Of a stretch of DNA of 64,000 nt, positions 12,143-26,800 are shown in pieces. The number at the start of each line of letters is the position of its first letter. Within the stretch, counting starts at the first letter, position 1. Below the pieces are notes generated by a model, which worked only from the letters and a program-made list of their open reading frames with translations, was not told where the DNA came from and did no database searches. The stretch comes from Eledone cirrhosa (taxonomy: Eukaryota): the NCBI GenBank assembly GCA_964016885.1, contig OZ024757.1, positions 13,020,001-13,084,000 of the forward strand, in the 5' to 3' direction. The position numbers were made by a program, and so were the translations under genes.

Positions 12143-15100
12143 ATAAAAAAATTGATTATATAAGGTTTTCGAAAAAAATTAATATGCGTTTTTCAAATTG
12201 CGTTTTTCGAAATATTAACTTCTGATTTTGAAAACTTATTTTTTTAGGTTTTTTGAAAAAAATTTAATCTGCAAAATTTGAAACCAGAAAGTAGATATTT
12301 CGAAAGATTTGTAAAAGCATTAATTTTTTACGTTTTTTTTTAGATTTCGAAACATGCAAAATGTAAAAAGATTAATACAGAAACATGAAAAATGTAAAAA
12401 GATTAATACAGAAGTATATATTTCGACTATGAACTCAGATTCATTCTTTTTCGAAAAACCTAAAAAAATTGATTATATAAGGTTTTCGAAAAACCTAAAA
12501 ATATCAATATTTGAAATCAGATATAAATATTTATAAAAAAATTGATTATATAAGGTTTTCGAAAAAAAATTAATATGCGTTTTTCAAATTGCGTTTTTCG
12601 AAATATTAACTTCTGATTCCGAAAACTGATTTTTTTAGGTTTTTCGAAAAAAATTTAATCTGCAAAATTTGAAACCAGAAAGTAAATATTTCGAAAGATT
12701 TGTAAAAGCATTAATTTTTTACGTTTTTTTTAGATTTCGAAAATGCTAACAATCAGAAAAACGTAAAAAGATTAATGCAGAAGTATATATTTCGACTATG
12801 AACTCACATTCATTCTTTTTCGAAAAACCTAAAAAAATTGATTATATAAGGTTTTCGAAAAACCTAAAAAAATCAATATTTGAAATCAGATATAAATATT
12901 TCTAAAAGTATAAAAAAATTGATTATATAAAAAAATATTGATTATATAAAAAATATTGATTATATAAAAAAATTATTTTTCGAAAAAAAATTAATATGCG
13001 TTTTTCAAGTTGCGTTTTTCGAAATATTAACTTCTGATTTCGAAAACTTATTTTTTTAGGTTTTTCGAAAAAAATTTAATCTGCAAAATTTGAAACCAGA
13101 AAGTAAATATTTCGAAAGATTTGTAAAAGCATGTTTTTTTTACGTTTTCGAAACATGCAAAAAATCAGAAAAAGATTAATATAGAAGTATATATTTCGAC
13201 TATGAACTCACATTCATTCTTTTTCGAAAAACCTAAAAAAATCAATATTTGAAATCAGATATAAATATTTCTAAAAGTATAAAAAAATTGATTATATAAA
13301 AAAATATTGATTATATAAAAAATATTGATTATATAAAATAATTATTTTTCGAAAAAAAATTAATATGCGTTTTTCAAATTGCGTTTTTCGAAATATTAAC
13401 TTCTGATTTCGAAAACTGATTTTTTTAGGTTTTTCGAAAAAAATTTAATCTGCAAAATTTGAAACCAGACAGTAGATATTTCGAAAGATTTGTAAAAGCA
13501 TTAATTTTTTACGTTTTTTTTAGATTTCGAAACATGCAAAATGTAAAAAGATTAATACAGAAACATGAAAAATGTAAAAAGATTAATACAGAAGTATATA
13601 TTTCGACTATGAACTCAGATTCATTCTTTTTCGAAAAACCTAAAAAAATCAATATTTGAAATCAGATATAAATATTTCTAAAAGTATAAAAAAATTGATT
13701 ATATAAAAAAATATTGATTATATAAAAAATATTGATTATATAAAAAAATTATTTTTCGAAAAAAAATTAATATGCGTTTTTCAAATTGCGTTTTTCGAAA
13801 TATTAACTTCTGATTTCGAAAACTGATTTTTTTAGGTTTTTCGAAAAAAATTTAATCTGCAAAATTTGAAACCAGAAAGTAGATATTTCGAAAGATTTGT
13901 AAAAGCATTAATTTTTTACGTTTTTTTTAGATTTCGAAACATGCAAAATGTAAAAAGATTAATACAGAAACATGAAAAATGTAAAAAGATTAATACAGAA
14001 GTATATATTTCGACTATGAACTCAGATTCATTCTTTTTCGAAAAACCTAAAAAAATTGATTATATAAGGTTTTCGAAAAACCTAAAAAAATCAATATTTG
14101 AAATCAGATATAAATATTTCTAAAAGTATAAAAAAATTGATTATATAAGGTTTTCGAAAAAAAATTAATATGCGTTTTTCAAATTGCGTTTTTCGAACTT
14201 CTGATTTCGAAAACTGATTTTTTTAGGTTTTTTGAAAAAAATTTAATCTGTAAAATTTGAAACCAGAAAGTAAATATTTCGAAAGATTTGTAAAAGCATG
14301 TTTTTTTTACGTTTTCGAAACATGCAAAAAATCAGAAAAAGATTAATACAGAAGTATATATTTCGACTATGAACTCACATTCATTCTTTATCGAAAAACC
14401 TAAAAAAATTGATTATATAAGGTTTTCGAAAAACCTAAAAAAATCAATATTTGAAATCAGATATAAATATTTCTAAAAGTATAAAAAAATTGATTATATA
14501 AAAAAATATTGATTATATAAAAAATATTGATTATATAAAAAAATTATTTTTCGAAAAAAAATTAATATGCGTTTTTGAAATTGCGTTTTTCGAAATATTA
14601 ACTGCTGATTTTGAAAACTGATTTTTTTAGGTTTTTCGAAAAAAATTTAATCTGCAAAACTTGAAACCAGAAAGTAGATATTTCGAAAGATTTGTAAAAG
14701 CATTAATTTTTTACGTTTTTTTTAGATTTCGAAAATGCTAACAATCAGAAAAACGTAAAAAGATTAATGCAGAAGTATATATTTCGACTATGAACTCACA
14801 TTCATTCTTTTTCGAAAAACCTAAAAAAATTGATTATATAAGGTTTTCGAAAAACCTAAAAATATCAATATTTGAAATCCGATATAAATATTTATAAAAA
14901 AATTGATTATATAAGGTTTTCGAAAAAAAATTAATATGCGTTTTTCAAATTGCGTTTTTCGAAATATTAACTTCTGATTTCGAAAACTGATTTTTTTAGG
15001 TTTTTCGAAAAAAATTTAATTTGCAAAATTTGAAACCAGAAAGTAAATATTTCAAAAACCATTAATATTTTACGTTTTTTTTTAGAAATATTAACTTTTC

Positions 15101-18100
15101 GAAAACTGATTTTTTTAGGTTTTTCGAAAAAAATTTAATCTGCAAAATTTGAAACCAGAAAGTAGATATTTCGAAAGATTTGTAAAAGCATTAATTTTTT
15201 ACGTTTTTTTTAGATTTCGAAAATGCTAACAATCAGAAAAACGTAAAAAGATTAATGCAGAAGTATATATTTCGACTATGAACTCACATTCATTCTTTTT
15301 CGAAAAACCTAAAAAAATTGATTATATAAGGTTTTCGAAAAACCTAAAAAAATCAATATTTAAAATCAGATATAAATATTTCTAAAAGTATAAAGAAATT
15401 GATTATATAAAAAAATATTGATTATTTCGAAATATTAACTTCTGATTTCGAAAACTGATTTTTTTAGGTTTTTCGAAAAAAATTTAATCTACAAAATTTG
15501 AAACCAGACAGTAGATATTTCGAAAGATTTGTAAAAGCATTAATTTTTTACGTTTTTTTTAGATTTCGAAATATGCAAAATGTAAAAAGATTAATACAGA
15601 AACATGAAAAATGTAAAAAGATTAATACAGAAGTATATATTTCGACTATGAACTCAGATTCATTCTTTTTCGAAAAACCTAAAAAAATTGATTATATAAG
15701 ATTTTCGAAAAACCTAAAAAAATCAATATTTGAAATCAGATATAAATATTTCTAAAAGTATAAAAAAATTGATTATATAAGGTTTTCGAAAAAAAATTAA
15801 TATGCGTTTTTCAAATTGCGTTTTTCGAACTTCTGATTTCGAAAACTGATTTTTTTAGGTTTTTTGAAAAAAATTTAATCTGCAAAATTTGAAACCAGAA
15901 AGTAAATATTTCGAAAAAGCATGTTTTTTTTACGTTTTCGAAACATGCAAAAAATCAGAAAAAGATTAATACAGAAGTATATTGAACTCACATTCATTCT
16001 TTTTCGAAAAACCTAAAAAAATTGATTATATAAGGTTTTCGAAAAACCTAAAAAAATCAATATTTGAAATCAGATATAAATATTTATAAAAAAATTGATT
16101 ATATAAGGTTTTCGAAAAAAATTAATATGCGTTTTTCAAATTGCGTTTTTCGAAATATTGACTTCTGATGTCGAAAACAGATTTTTTTAGGTTTTTCGAA
16201 AAAAATTTAATTTGCAAAATTTGAAACCAGAAAGTAAATATTTCAAAAACCATTAATATTTTACGTTTTTTTTTAGAAATATTAACTTTTCGAAAACTGA
16301 TTTTTTTAGGTTTTTCGAAAAAAATTTAATCTACAAAATTTGAAACCAGACAGTAGATATTTTGAAAGATTTGTAAAAGCATTAATTTTTTACGTTTTTT
16401 TTAGATTTCGAAACACAAAATGTAAAAAGATTAATACAGAAACATGAAAAATGTAAAAAGATTAATACAGAAGTATATATTTCGACTATGAACTCAGATT
16501 CATTCTTTTTCGAAAAACCTAAAAAAATCAATATTTGAAATCAGATATAAATATTTCTAAAAGTATAAAAAAATTGATTATATAAAAAAATATTGATTAT
16601 ATAAAAAATATTGATTATATAAAAAAATTATTTTTCGAAAAAAAATTAATATGCGTTTTTCAAATTGCGTTTTTCGAAATATTAACTTCTGATTTCGAAA
16701 ACTGATTTTTTTAGGTTTTTCGAAAAAAATTTAATCTGCAAAATTTGAAACCAGAAAGTAGATATTTCGAAAGATTTGTAAAAGCATTAATTTTTTACGT
16801 TTTTTTTTAGATTTCGAAACATGCAAAATGTAAAAAGATTAATACAAAAACATGAAAAATGTAAAAAGATTAATACAGAAGTATATATTTCGACTATGAA
16901 CTCAGATTCATTCTTTTTCGAAAAACCTAAAAAAATTGATTATATAAGGTTTTCGAAAAACCTAAAAAAATCAATATTTGAAATCAGATATAAATATTTC
17001 TAAAAGTATAAAAAAATTGATTATATAAGGTTTTCGAAAAAAAATTAATATGCGTTTTTCAAATTGCGTTTTTCGAACTTCTGATTTCAAAAACTGATTT
17101 TTTTAGGTTTTTTGAAAAAAATTTAATCTGAAAATTTGAAACCAGAAAGTAAATATTTCGAAAGATTTGTAAAAGCATGTTTTTTTTACGTTTTCGAAAC
17201 ATGCAAAAAATCAGAAAAAGATTAATACAGAAGTATATATTTCGACTATGAACTCACATTCATTCTTTTTCGAAAAACCTAAAAAAATTGATTATATAAG
17301 GTTTTCGAAAAACCTAAAAAAATCAATATTTGAAATCAGATATAAATATTTCTAAAAGTATAAAAAAATTGATTATATAAAAAAATATTGATTATATAAA
17401 AAATATTGATTATATAAAAAAATTATTTTTCGAAAAAAAATTAATATGCGTTTTTGAAATTGCGTTTTTCGAAATATTAACTGCTGATTTCGAAAACTGA
17501 TTTTTTTAGGTTTTTCGAAAAAAATTTAATCTGCAAAACTTGAAACCAGAAAGTAGATATTTCGAAAGATTTGTAAAAGCATTAATTTTTTACGTTTTTT
17601 TTAGATTTCGAAAATGCTAACAATCAGAAAAACGTAAAAAGATTAATGCAGAAGTATATATTTCGACTATGAACTCACATTCATTCTTTTTCGAAAAACC
17701 TAAAAAAATTGATTATATAAGGTTTTCGAAAAACCTAAAAAAATCAATATTTGAAATCAGATATAAATATTTCTAAAAGTATAAAAAAATTGATTATATA
17801 AAAAAATATTGATTATATAAAAAATATTGATTATATAAAAAAATTATTTTTCGAAAAAAAATTAATATGCGTTTTTCAAATTGCGTTTTTAGAAATATTA
17901 ACTTCTGATTTCGAAAACTGAATTTTTTAGGTTTTTCGAAAAAAATTTAATCTGCAAAATTTGAAACCACAAAGTAGATATTTCGAAAGATTTGTAAAAG
18001 CATTAATTTTTTACGTTTTTTTTTAGATTTCGAAACATGCAAAATGTAAAAAGATTAATACAGAAGTATATATTTCGACTATGAACTCACATTCATTCTT

Positions 18101-18591
18101 TTTCGAAAAACCTAAAAAAATCAATATTTGAAATCAGATATAAATATTTATAAAAAAATTGATTATATAAGGTTTTCGAAAAAAATTAATATGCGTTTTT
18201 CAAATTGCGTTTTTCGAAATATTAGCTTCTGATTTCGAAAACTTATTTTTTTAGGTTTTTCGAAAAAAATTTAATCTGCAAAATTTGAAACCAGAAAGTT
18301 TCGAAAGATTTGTAAAAGCATGTTTTTTTTACGTTTTCGAAACATGCAAAAAATCAGAAAAAGATTAATACAGAAGTATATATTTCGACTATGAACTCAC
18401 ATTCATTCTTTTTCGAAAAACCTAAAAAAATTGATTATATAAGGTTTTCGAAAAACCTAAAAAAATCAATATTTGAAATCAGATATAAATATTTATAAAA
18501 AAATTGATTATATAAGGTTTTCGAAAAAAATTAATATGCGTTTTTCAAATTGCGTCTTTCGAAATATTAACTTCTGATTTCGAAAACTTAT

Positions 18592-19958
18592 TTTTTTAGG
18601 TTTTTCGAAAAAAATTTAATCTGCAAAATTTGAAACCAGAAAGTAGATATTTCGAAATTTTTGTAAAAGCATTAATTTTTTACGTTTTTTTAGATTTCGA
18701 AAATGCTAACAATCAAAAAAACGTAAAAAGATTAATGCAGAAGTATATATTTCGACTCACATTCATTCTTTCTCGAAAAACCTAAAAAAATCAATATTTG
18801 AAATCAGATATAAATATTTCTAAAAGTATAAAAAAATTGATTATATAAAGTTTTCGAAAAAAAATTAATATGCGTTTTTCAAATTGCGTTTTTCGAAATA
18901 TTAACTTCTAATTTCGAAAACTGATTTTTTTTAGGTTTTTCGAAAAAAATTTAATCTGCAAAATTTGAAACCAGAAAGTAGATATTTCAAAAGATTTGTA
19001 AAAGCATTAATTTTTTACGTTTTTTTTAGATTTCGAAAATGCAAACAATCAGAAAAACGTAAAAAGATTAATACAGAAGTATATATTTCGACTATGAACT
19101 CACATTCGTTCTTTTTCGAAAAACCTAAAAAAATCAATATTTGAAATCAGATATAAATATTTATAAAAAAATTGATTATATAAGGTTTTCGAAAAAAAAT
19201 TAATATGCGTTTTTCAAATTGCGTTTTTGGGAATATTGACTTCTGATGTCGAAAACAGATTTTTTTAGGTTTTTCGAAAAAAATTTAATCTGCAAAATTT
19301 GAAACCAGAAAGTAGATATTTCGAAATTTTTGTAAAAGCATTAATTTTTTACGTTTTTTTAGATTTCGAAAATGCTAACAATCAAAAAAACGTAAAAAGA
19401 TTAATGCAGAAGTATATATTTCGACTCACATTCATTCTTTCTCGAAAAACCTAAAAAAATCAATATTTGAAATCAGATATAAATATTTCTAAAAGTATAA
19501 AAAAATTGATTATATAAAGTTTTCGAAAAAAAATTAATATGCGTTTTTCAAATTGCGTTTTTCGAAATATTAACTTCTAATTTCGAAAACTGATTTTTTT
19601 TAGGTTTTTCGAAAAAAATTTAATCTGCAAAATTTGAAACCAGAAAGTAGATATTTCAAAAGATTTGTAAAAGCATTAATTTTTTACGTTTTTTTTAGAT
19701 TTCGAAAATGCAAACAATCAGAAAAACGTAAAAAGATTAATACAGAAGTATATATTTCGACTATGAACTCACATTCGTTCTTTTTCGAAAAACCTAAAAA
19801 AATCAATATTTGAAATCAGATATAAATATTTATAAAAAAATTGATTATATAAGGTTTTCGAAAAAAAATTAATATGCGTTTTTCAAATTGCGTTTTTGGG
19901 AATATTGACTTCTGATGTCGAAAACAGATTTTTTTAGGTTTTTCGAAAAAAATTTAAT
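18592..19958. repeat. Local tandem duplication of a 669-bp dimer (present again at ~36382-37748)
   Basis: Rare variants TTCGAAATTTTTG (18651/19320) and TTTTTGGGAATATTGAC (GGG at 19229/19898) recur 669 bp apart. Confidence 0.88.
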
Positions 19959-20760
19959 TTGCAAAATTTGAAACCAGAAAGTAAATATTTCAAAAACCAT
20001 TAATATTTTACGTTTTTTTTTAGATAGAAAAACGTAAAAAGATTAATGCAGAAATATATATTTCGACTATGAACTCACATTCATTCTTTTTCGAAAAACC
20101 TAAAAAAATTGATTATATAAGGTTTTCGAAAAACCTAAAAAAATCAATATTTGAAATCAGATATAAATATTTATAAAAAAATTGATTATATAAGGTTTTC
20201 GAAAAAAAATTAATATGCGTTTTTCAAATTGCGTTTTTCGAAATATTAACTTCTGATTTCGAAAACTGATTTTTTTAGGTTTTTTGACAAAAATTTAATC
20301 TGCAAAATTTGAAACCAGAAAGTAGATATTTCGAAAGAATTGTAAAGCATTAATTTTTTACGTTTATTTAGATTTTGAAAATGCTAACAATCAGAAAAAC
20401 ATAAAAAGATTAATGCAGAAGTATATATTTCGACTATGAACTCACATTCATTCTTTTTCGAAAAACCTAAGAAAATCAATATTTGAAATCAGATATAAAT
20501 ATTTCTAAAAGTATAAAAAAATTAAGGTTTTCGAAAAAAAATTAATATGCGTTTTTCAAATTGCTTTTTTCGAAATATTAACTTCTGATTTTGAAAACTG
20601 ATGTTTTTAGGTTTTTCGAAAAAAATTTAATCTACAAAATTTAAAACCAGAAAGTAAATATTTCTAAAGATTTGTAAAAATTTTTTACGTTTTTTTTTAG
20701 ATAGAAAAACGTAAATAGAAATATATATTTCGACTAAGATCTCACATTCATTCTTTTGAA

Positions 20761-20808
20761 AAAACTAAAAAAAATTTATTACTTATGTAATAAATTTTTT
20801 TTAGTTTT
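20761..20808. repeat. Type II palindrome, perfect 22-bp arms, 4-nt loop
   Basis: AAAACTAAAAAAAATTTATTAC-TTAT-GTAATAAATTTTTTTTAGTTTT. Confidence 0.93.
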
Positions 20809-23800
20809 CGAAAAACCTAAAAAAAATCAATATTTGAAATCAGATATAAATATTTCTAAAAGTATAAAAAAAATTGATTATATAAGGTTTTCGAAAAAAA
20901 ATTAATATGCGTTTTTCAAATTGCGTTATTGGAAATATTGACTTCTGATGTCGAAAACTGATTTATTTAGGTTTTTCGAAAAAAATTTAATTTGCAAAAT
21001 TTGAAACCAGAAAGTAAATATTTCAAAAACCATTAATATTTTACGTTTTTTTTTAGATAGAAAAACGTAAAAAGATTAATGCAGAAATATATATTTCGAC
21101 TATGAACTCACATTCATTCTTATTCGAAAAACATAAAAAAAATTGATTATATAAGGTTTTCGAAAAACCTAAAAAAATCAATATTTGAAATCAGATATAA
21201 ATATTTCTAAAAGTATAAAAAAATTGATTATATAAGGTTTTCGAAAAAAAATTAATATGCGTTTTTCAAATTGCGTTTTTCGAAAAAAATTTAATCTGCA
21301 AAATCTGAAAGTAAATATTTCGAAAGATTTGTAAAAGCATTAATTTTTTACGTTTTTTTTAAATTTCGAAACATGCAAAAAATCAGAAAAATGTAAAAAG
21401 ATTAATACAGAAGTATATATTTCGAAAAACCTAAAAAAATTGATTATATAAGGTTTTCGAAAAACCTAAAAAAATCAATATTTGAAATCAGATATAAATA
21501 TTTATAAAAAAATTGATTAATATGCGTTTTTCAAATTGCGTTTTTGGGAATATTGACTTCTGACGTCGAAAACAGATTTTTTTAGGTTTTTCGAAAAAAA
21601 TTTAATTTGCAAAATTTGAAACCAGAAAGTAAATATTTCGAAAGATTTGTAAAAGCATTAATTTTTTACGTTTTTTTTAGATTTCGAAACATGCAAAATG
21701 TAAAAAGATTAATACAGAAACATGAAAAATGTAAAAAGATTAATACAGAAGTATATATTTCGACTATGAACTCAGATTCATTCTTTTTCGAAAAACCTAA
21801 AAAAATTGATTATATAAGGTTTTCGAAAAACCTAAAAAAATCAATATTTGAAATCAGATATAAATATTTCTAAAAGTATAAAATAATTGATTATATAAGG
21901 TTTTCGAAAAAAAATTAATATGCGTTTTTCAAATTGCGTTTTTCGAACTTCTGATTTCGAAAAGTGATTTTTTTAGGTTTTTCGAAAAAAATTTAATCTG
22001 CAAAATTTGAAACCAGAAAGTAGATATTTCGAAAGATTTGTAAAAGCATTAATTTTTTACGTTTTTTTTAGATTTCGAAACATGCAAAATGTAAAAAGAT
22101 TAATACAGAAACATGAAAAATGTAAAAAGATTAATACAGAAGTATATATTTCGACTATGAACTCAGATTCATTCTTTTTCGAAAAACCTAAAAAAATCAA
22201 TATTTGAAATCAGATATAAATATTTCTAAAAGTATAAAAAAATTGATTATATAAGGTTTTCGAAAAAAAATTAATATGCGTTTTTCAAATTGCGTTTTTC
22301 GAACTTCTGATTTCTAAAACTGATTTTTTTAGGTTTTTTGAAAAAAATTTAATCTGCAAAATTTGAAACCAGAAAGTAAATATTTCGAAAGATTTGTAAA
22401 AGCATGTTTTTTTTACGTTTTCGAAACATGCAAAAAATCAGAAAAAGATTAATACAGAAGTATATTGAACTCACATTCATTCTTTTTCGAAAAACCTAAA
22501 AAAATTGATTATATAAGGTTTTCGAAAAACCTAAAAAAATCAATATTTGAAATCAGATATAAATATTTCTAAAAGTATAAAAAAATTGATTATATAAAAA
22601 AATATTGATTATATAAAAAATATTGATTATATAAAAAAATTATTTTTCGAAAAAAAATTAATATGCGTTTTTGAAATTGCGTTTTTCGAAATATTAACTG
22701 CTGATTTCGAAAACTGATTTTTTTAGGTTTTTCGAAAAAAATTTAATCTGCAAAACTTGAAACCAGAAAGTAGATATTTCGAAAGATTTGTAAAAGCATT
22801 AATTTTTTACGTTATTTTTAGATTTCGAAACACGCAAAATGTAAAAAGATTAATACAGAAACATGAAAAATGTAAAAAGATTAATACAGAAGTATATATT
22901 TCGACTATGAACTCAGATTCATTCTTTTTCGAAAAACCTAAAAAAATTGATTATATAAGGTTTTCGAAAACCTAAAAAAATCAATATTTGAAATCAGATA
23001 TAAATATTTATAAAAAAATTGATTATATAAGGTTTTCAAAAAAAATTAATATGCGTTTTTCAAATTGCGTTTTTCGAAATATTAACTTCTGATTTCGAAA
23101 ACTGATTTTTTTAGGTTTTTCGAAAAAAATTTAATCTGCAAATTTTGAAACCAGAAAGTAGATATTTCAAAAGATTTGTAAAAGCATTAATTTTTTACGT
23201 TTTTTTTAGATTTCGAAACATGCAAAATGTAAAAAGATTAATACAAAAACATGAAAAATGTAAAAAGATTAATACAGAAGTATATATTTCGACTATGAAC
23301 TCAGATTCATTCTTTTTCGAAAAACCTAAAAAAATCAATATTTGAAATCAGATATAAATATTTCTAAAAGTATAAAAAAAATTGATTATATAAGGTTTTC
23401 GAAAAAAAATTAATATGCGTTTTTCAAATTGCGTTTTTCGAACTTCTGATTTCGAAAACTGATTTTTTTAGGTTTTTCGAAAAAAATTTAATCTGCAAAA
23501 TTTGAAACCAGAAAGTAAATATTTCGAAAGATTTGTAAAAGCACGTTTTTTTTACGTTTTCGAAACATGCAAAAAATCAGAAAAAGATTAATACAGAAGT
23601 ATATATTTCGACTATGAACTCACATTCATTCTTTTTCGAAAAACCTAAAAAAATCAATATTTGAAATCAGATATAAATATTTATAAAAAAATTGATTATA
23701 TAAGGTTTTCGAAAAAAATTAATATGCGTTTTTCAAATTGCGTTTTTCGAAATATTGACTTCTGATGTCGAAAACAGATCTTTTTAGGTTTTTCGAAAAA

Positions 23801-26800
23801 AATTTAATTTGCAAAATTTGAAACCAGAAAGTAAATATTTCAAATTTTTTAGAAATATTAACTTTTCGAAAACTGATTTTTTTAGGTTTTTCGAAAAAAA
23901 TTTAATCTGCAAAATTTGAAACCAGAAAGTAGATATTTCGAAAGATTTGTAAAAGCATTAATTTTTTACGTTTTTTTTAGATTTCGTAATGCTAACAATC
24001 AGAAAAACTTAAAAAGATTAATGCAGAAGTATATATTTCGACTATGAACTCACATTCATTCTTTTTCGAAAAACCTAAAAAAATTGATTATATAAGGTTT
24101 TCGAAAAACCTAAAAAAATCAATATTTGAAATCAGATATAAATATTTCTAAAAGTATAAAGAAATTGATTATATAAAAAAATATTGATTATATAAAAAAT
24201 ATTGATTATATGAAATAATTATTTTTCGAAAAAAAATTAATATGCGTTTTTCAAATTGCGTTTTTCGAAATATTAACTTCTGATTTCGAAAACTGATTTT
24301 TTTAGGTTTTTCGAAAAAAATTTAATCTACAAAATTTGAAACCAGACAGTAGATATTTTGAAAGATTTGTAAAAGCATTAATTTTTTACGTTTTTTTTAG
24401 ATTTCGAAACATACAAAATGTAAAAAGATTAATACAGAAACATGAAAAATGTAAAAAGATTAATACAGAAGTATATATTTCGACTATGAACTCACATTCA
24501 TTCTTTTTCGAAAAACCTAAAAAAATTGATTATATAAGGTTTTCGAAAAACCTAAAAAAATCAATATTTGAAATCAGATATAAATATTTCTAAAAGTATA
24601 AAAAAATTGATTATATAAAAAAATATTGATTATATAAAAAATATTGATTATATAAAAAAATTATTTTTCGAAAAAAAATTAATATGCGTTTTTGAAATTG
24701 CGTTTTTCGAAATATTAACTGTTGATTTCGAAAACTGATTTTTTTAGGTTTTTCGAAAAAAATTTAATCTGCAAAATTTGAAACCAGAAAGTAAATGTAA
24801 AAGCATGTTTTTTTTACGTTTTCGAAACATGCAAAAAATCAGAAAAAGATTAATACAGAAGTATATATTTCGACTATGAATTCACTTTCATTCTTTTTCG
24901 AAAAACCTAAAAAAATCAATATTTGAAATCAGATATAAATATTTATAAAAAAATTGATTATATAAGGTTTTCGAAAAAAATTAATATGCGTTTTTCAAAT
25001 TGCGTTTTTCGAAATATTAGCTTCTGATTTCGAAAACTTATTTTTTTAGGTTTTTCGAAAAAAATTTAATCTTCAAAATTTGAAACCAGAAAGTTTCGAA
25101 AGATTTGTAAAAGCATGTTTTTTTTACGTTTTCGAAACATGCAAAAAATCAGAAAAAGATTAATACAGAAGTATATATTTCGACTATGAACTCACATTCA
25201 TTCTTTTTCGAAAAACCTAAAAAAATTGATTATATAAGGTTTTCGAAAAACCTAAAAAAATCAATATTTGAAATCAGATATAAATATTTATAAAAAAATT
25301 GATTATATAAGGTTTTCGAAAAAAATTAATATGCGTTTTTCAAATTGCGTTTTTCGAAATATTAACTTCTGATTTCGAAAACTTATTTTTTTAGGTTTTT
25401 CGAAAAAAATTTAATCTGCAAAATTTGAAACCAGAAAGTAGATATTTCGAAAGATTTGTAAAAGCATTAATTTTTTACGTTTTTTTTTAGATTTCGAAAC
25501 ATGCAAAATGTAAAAAGATTAATACAGAAACATGAAAAATGTAAAAAGATTAATACAGAAGTATATATTTCGACTATGAACTCAGATTCATTCTTTTTCG
25601 AAAAACCTAAAAAAATTGATTATATAAGGTTTTCGAAAAACCTAAAAATATCAATATTTGAAATCAGATATAAATATTTATAAAAAAAATTGATTATATA
25701 AGGTTTTCGAAAAAAAATTAATATGCGTTTTTCAAATTGCGTTTTTCGAAATATTAACTTCTGATTTCGAAAACTGATTTTTTTAGGTTTTTCGAAAAAA
25801 ATTTAATCTGCAAAATTTGAAACCAGAAAGTAGATATTTCGAAAGATTTGTAAAAGCATTAATTTTTTACTTTTTTTTAGATTTCGAAAATGCTAACAAT
25901 CAGAAAAACGTAAAAAGATTAATGCAGAAGTATATATTTCGACTATGAACTCACATTCATTCTTTTTCGAAAAACCTAAAAAAATTGATTATATAAGGTT
26001 TTCGAAAAACCTAAAAAAATCAATATTTGAAATCAGATATAAATATTTATAAAAAAATTGATTATATAAGGTTTTCGAAAAAAATTAATATGCGTTTTTC
26101 AAATTGCGTTTTTCGAAATATTAACTTCTGATTTCGAAAACTTATTTTTTTAGGTTTTTCGAAAAAAATTTAATCTGCAAAATTTGAAACCAGAAAGTAG
26201 ATATTTCGAAAGATTTGTAAAAGCATTAATTTTTTACGTTTTTTTTTAGATTTCGAAACATGCAAAATGTAAAAAGATTAATACAGAAACATGAAAAATG
26301 TAAAAAGATTAATACAGAAGTATATATTTCGACTATGAACTCAGATTCATTCTTTTTCGAAAAACCTAAAAAAATTGATTATATAAGGTTTTCGAAAAAC
26401 CTAAAAATATCAATATTTGAAATCAGATATAAATATTTATAAAAAAAATTGATTATATAAGGTTTTCGAAAAAAAATTAATATGCGTTTTTCAAATTGCG
26501 TTTTTCGAAATATTAACTTCTGATTTCGAAAACTGATTTTTTTAGGTTTTTCGAAAAAAATTTAATCTGCAAAATTTGAAACCAGAAAGTAGATATTTCG
26601 AACGAAAATGCTAACAATCAGAAAAACGTAAAAAGATTAATGCAGAAGTATATATTTCGACTATGAACTCACATTCATTCTTTTTCGAAAAACCTAAAAA
26701 AATTGATATTTGAAATCAGATATAAATATTTCTAAAAGTATAAAAAAATTGATTATATAAAAAAATATTGATTATATAAAAAATATTGATTATATAAAAA

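Larger units (their letters stand above)
6190..25020. repeat. Large higher-order tandem duplication, copy A (~18.8 kb)
   Basis: ORF-track landmarks recur at constant offsets. +18839: 6662/25501, 7421/26260, 8473/27312, 9535/28374, 9849/28688. +17790: 12354/30144 through 24336/42126. Ends are approximate. Confidence 0.93.
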
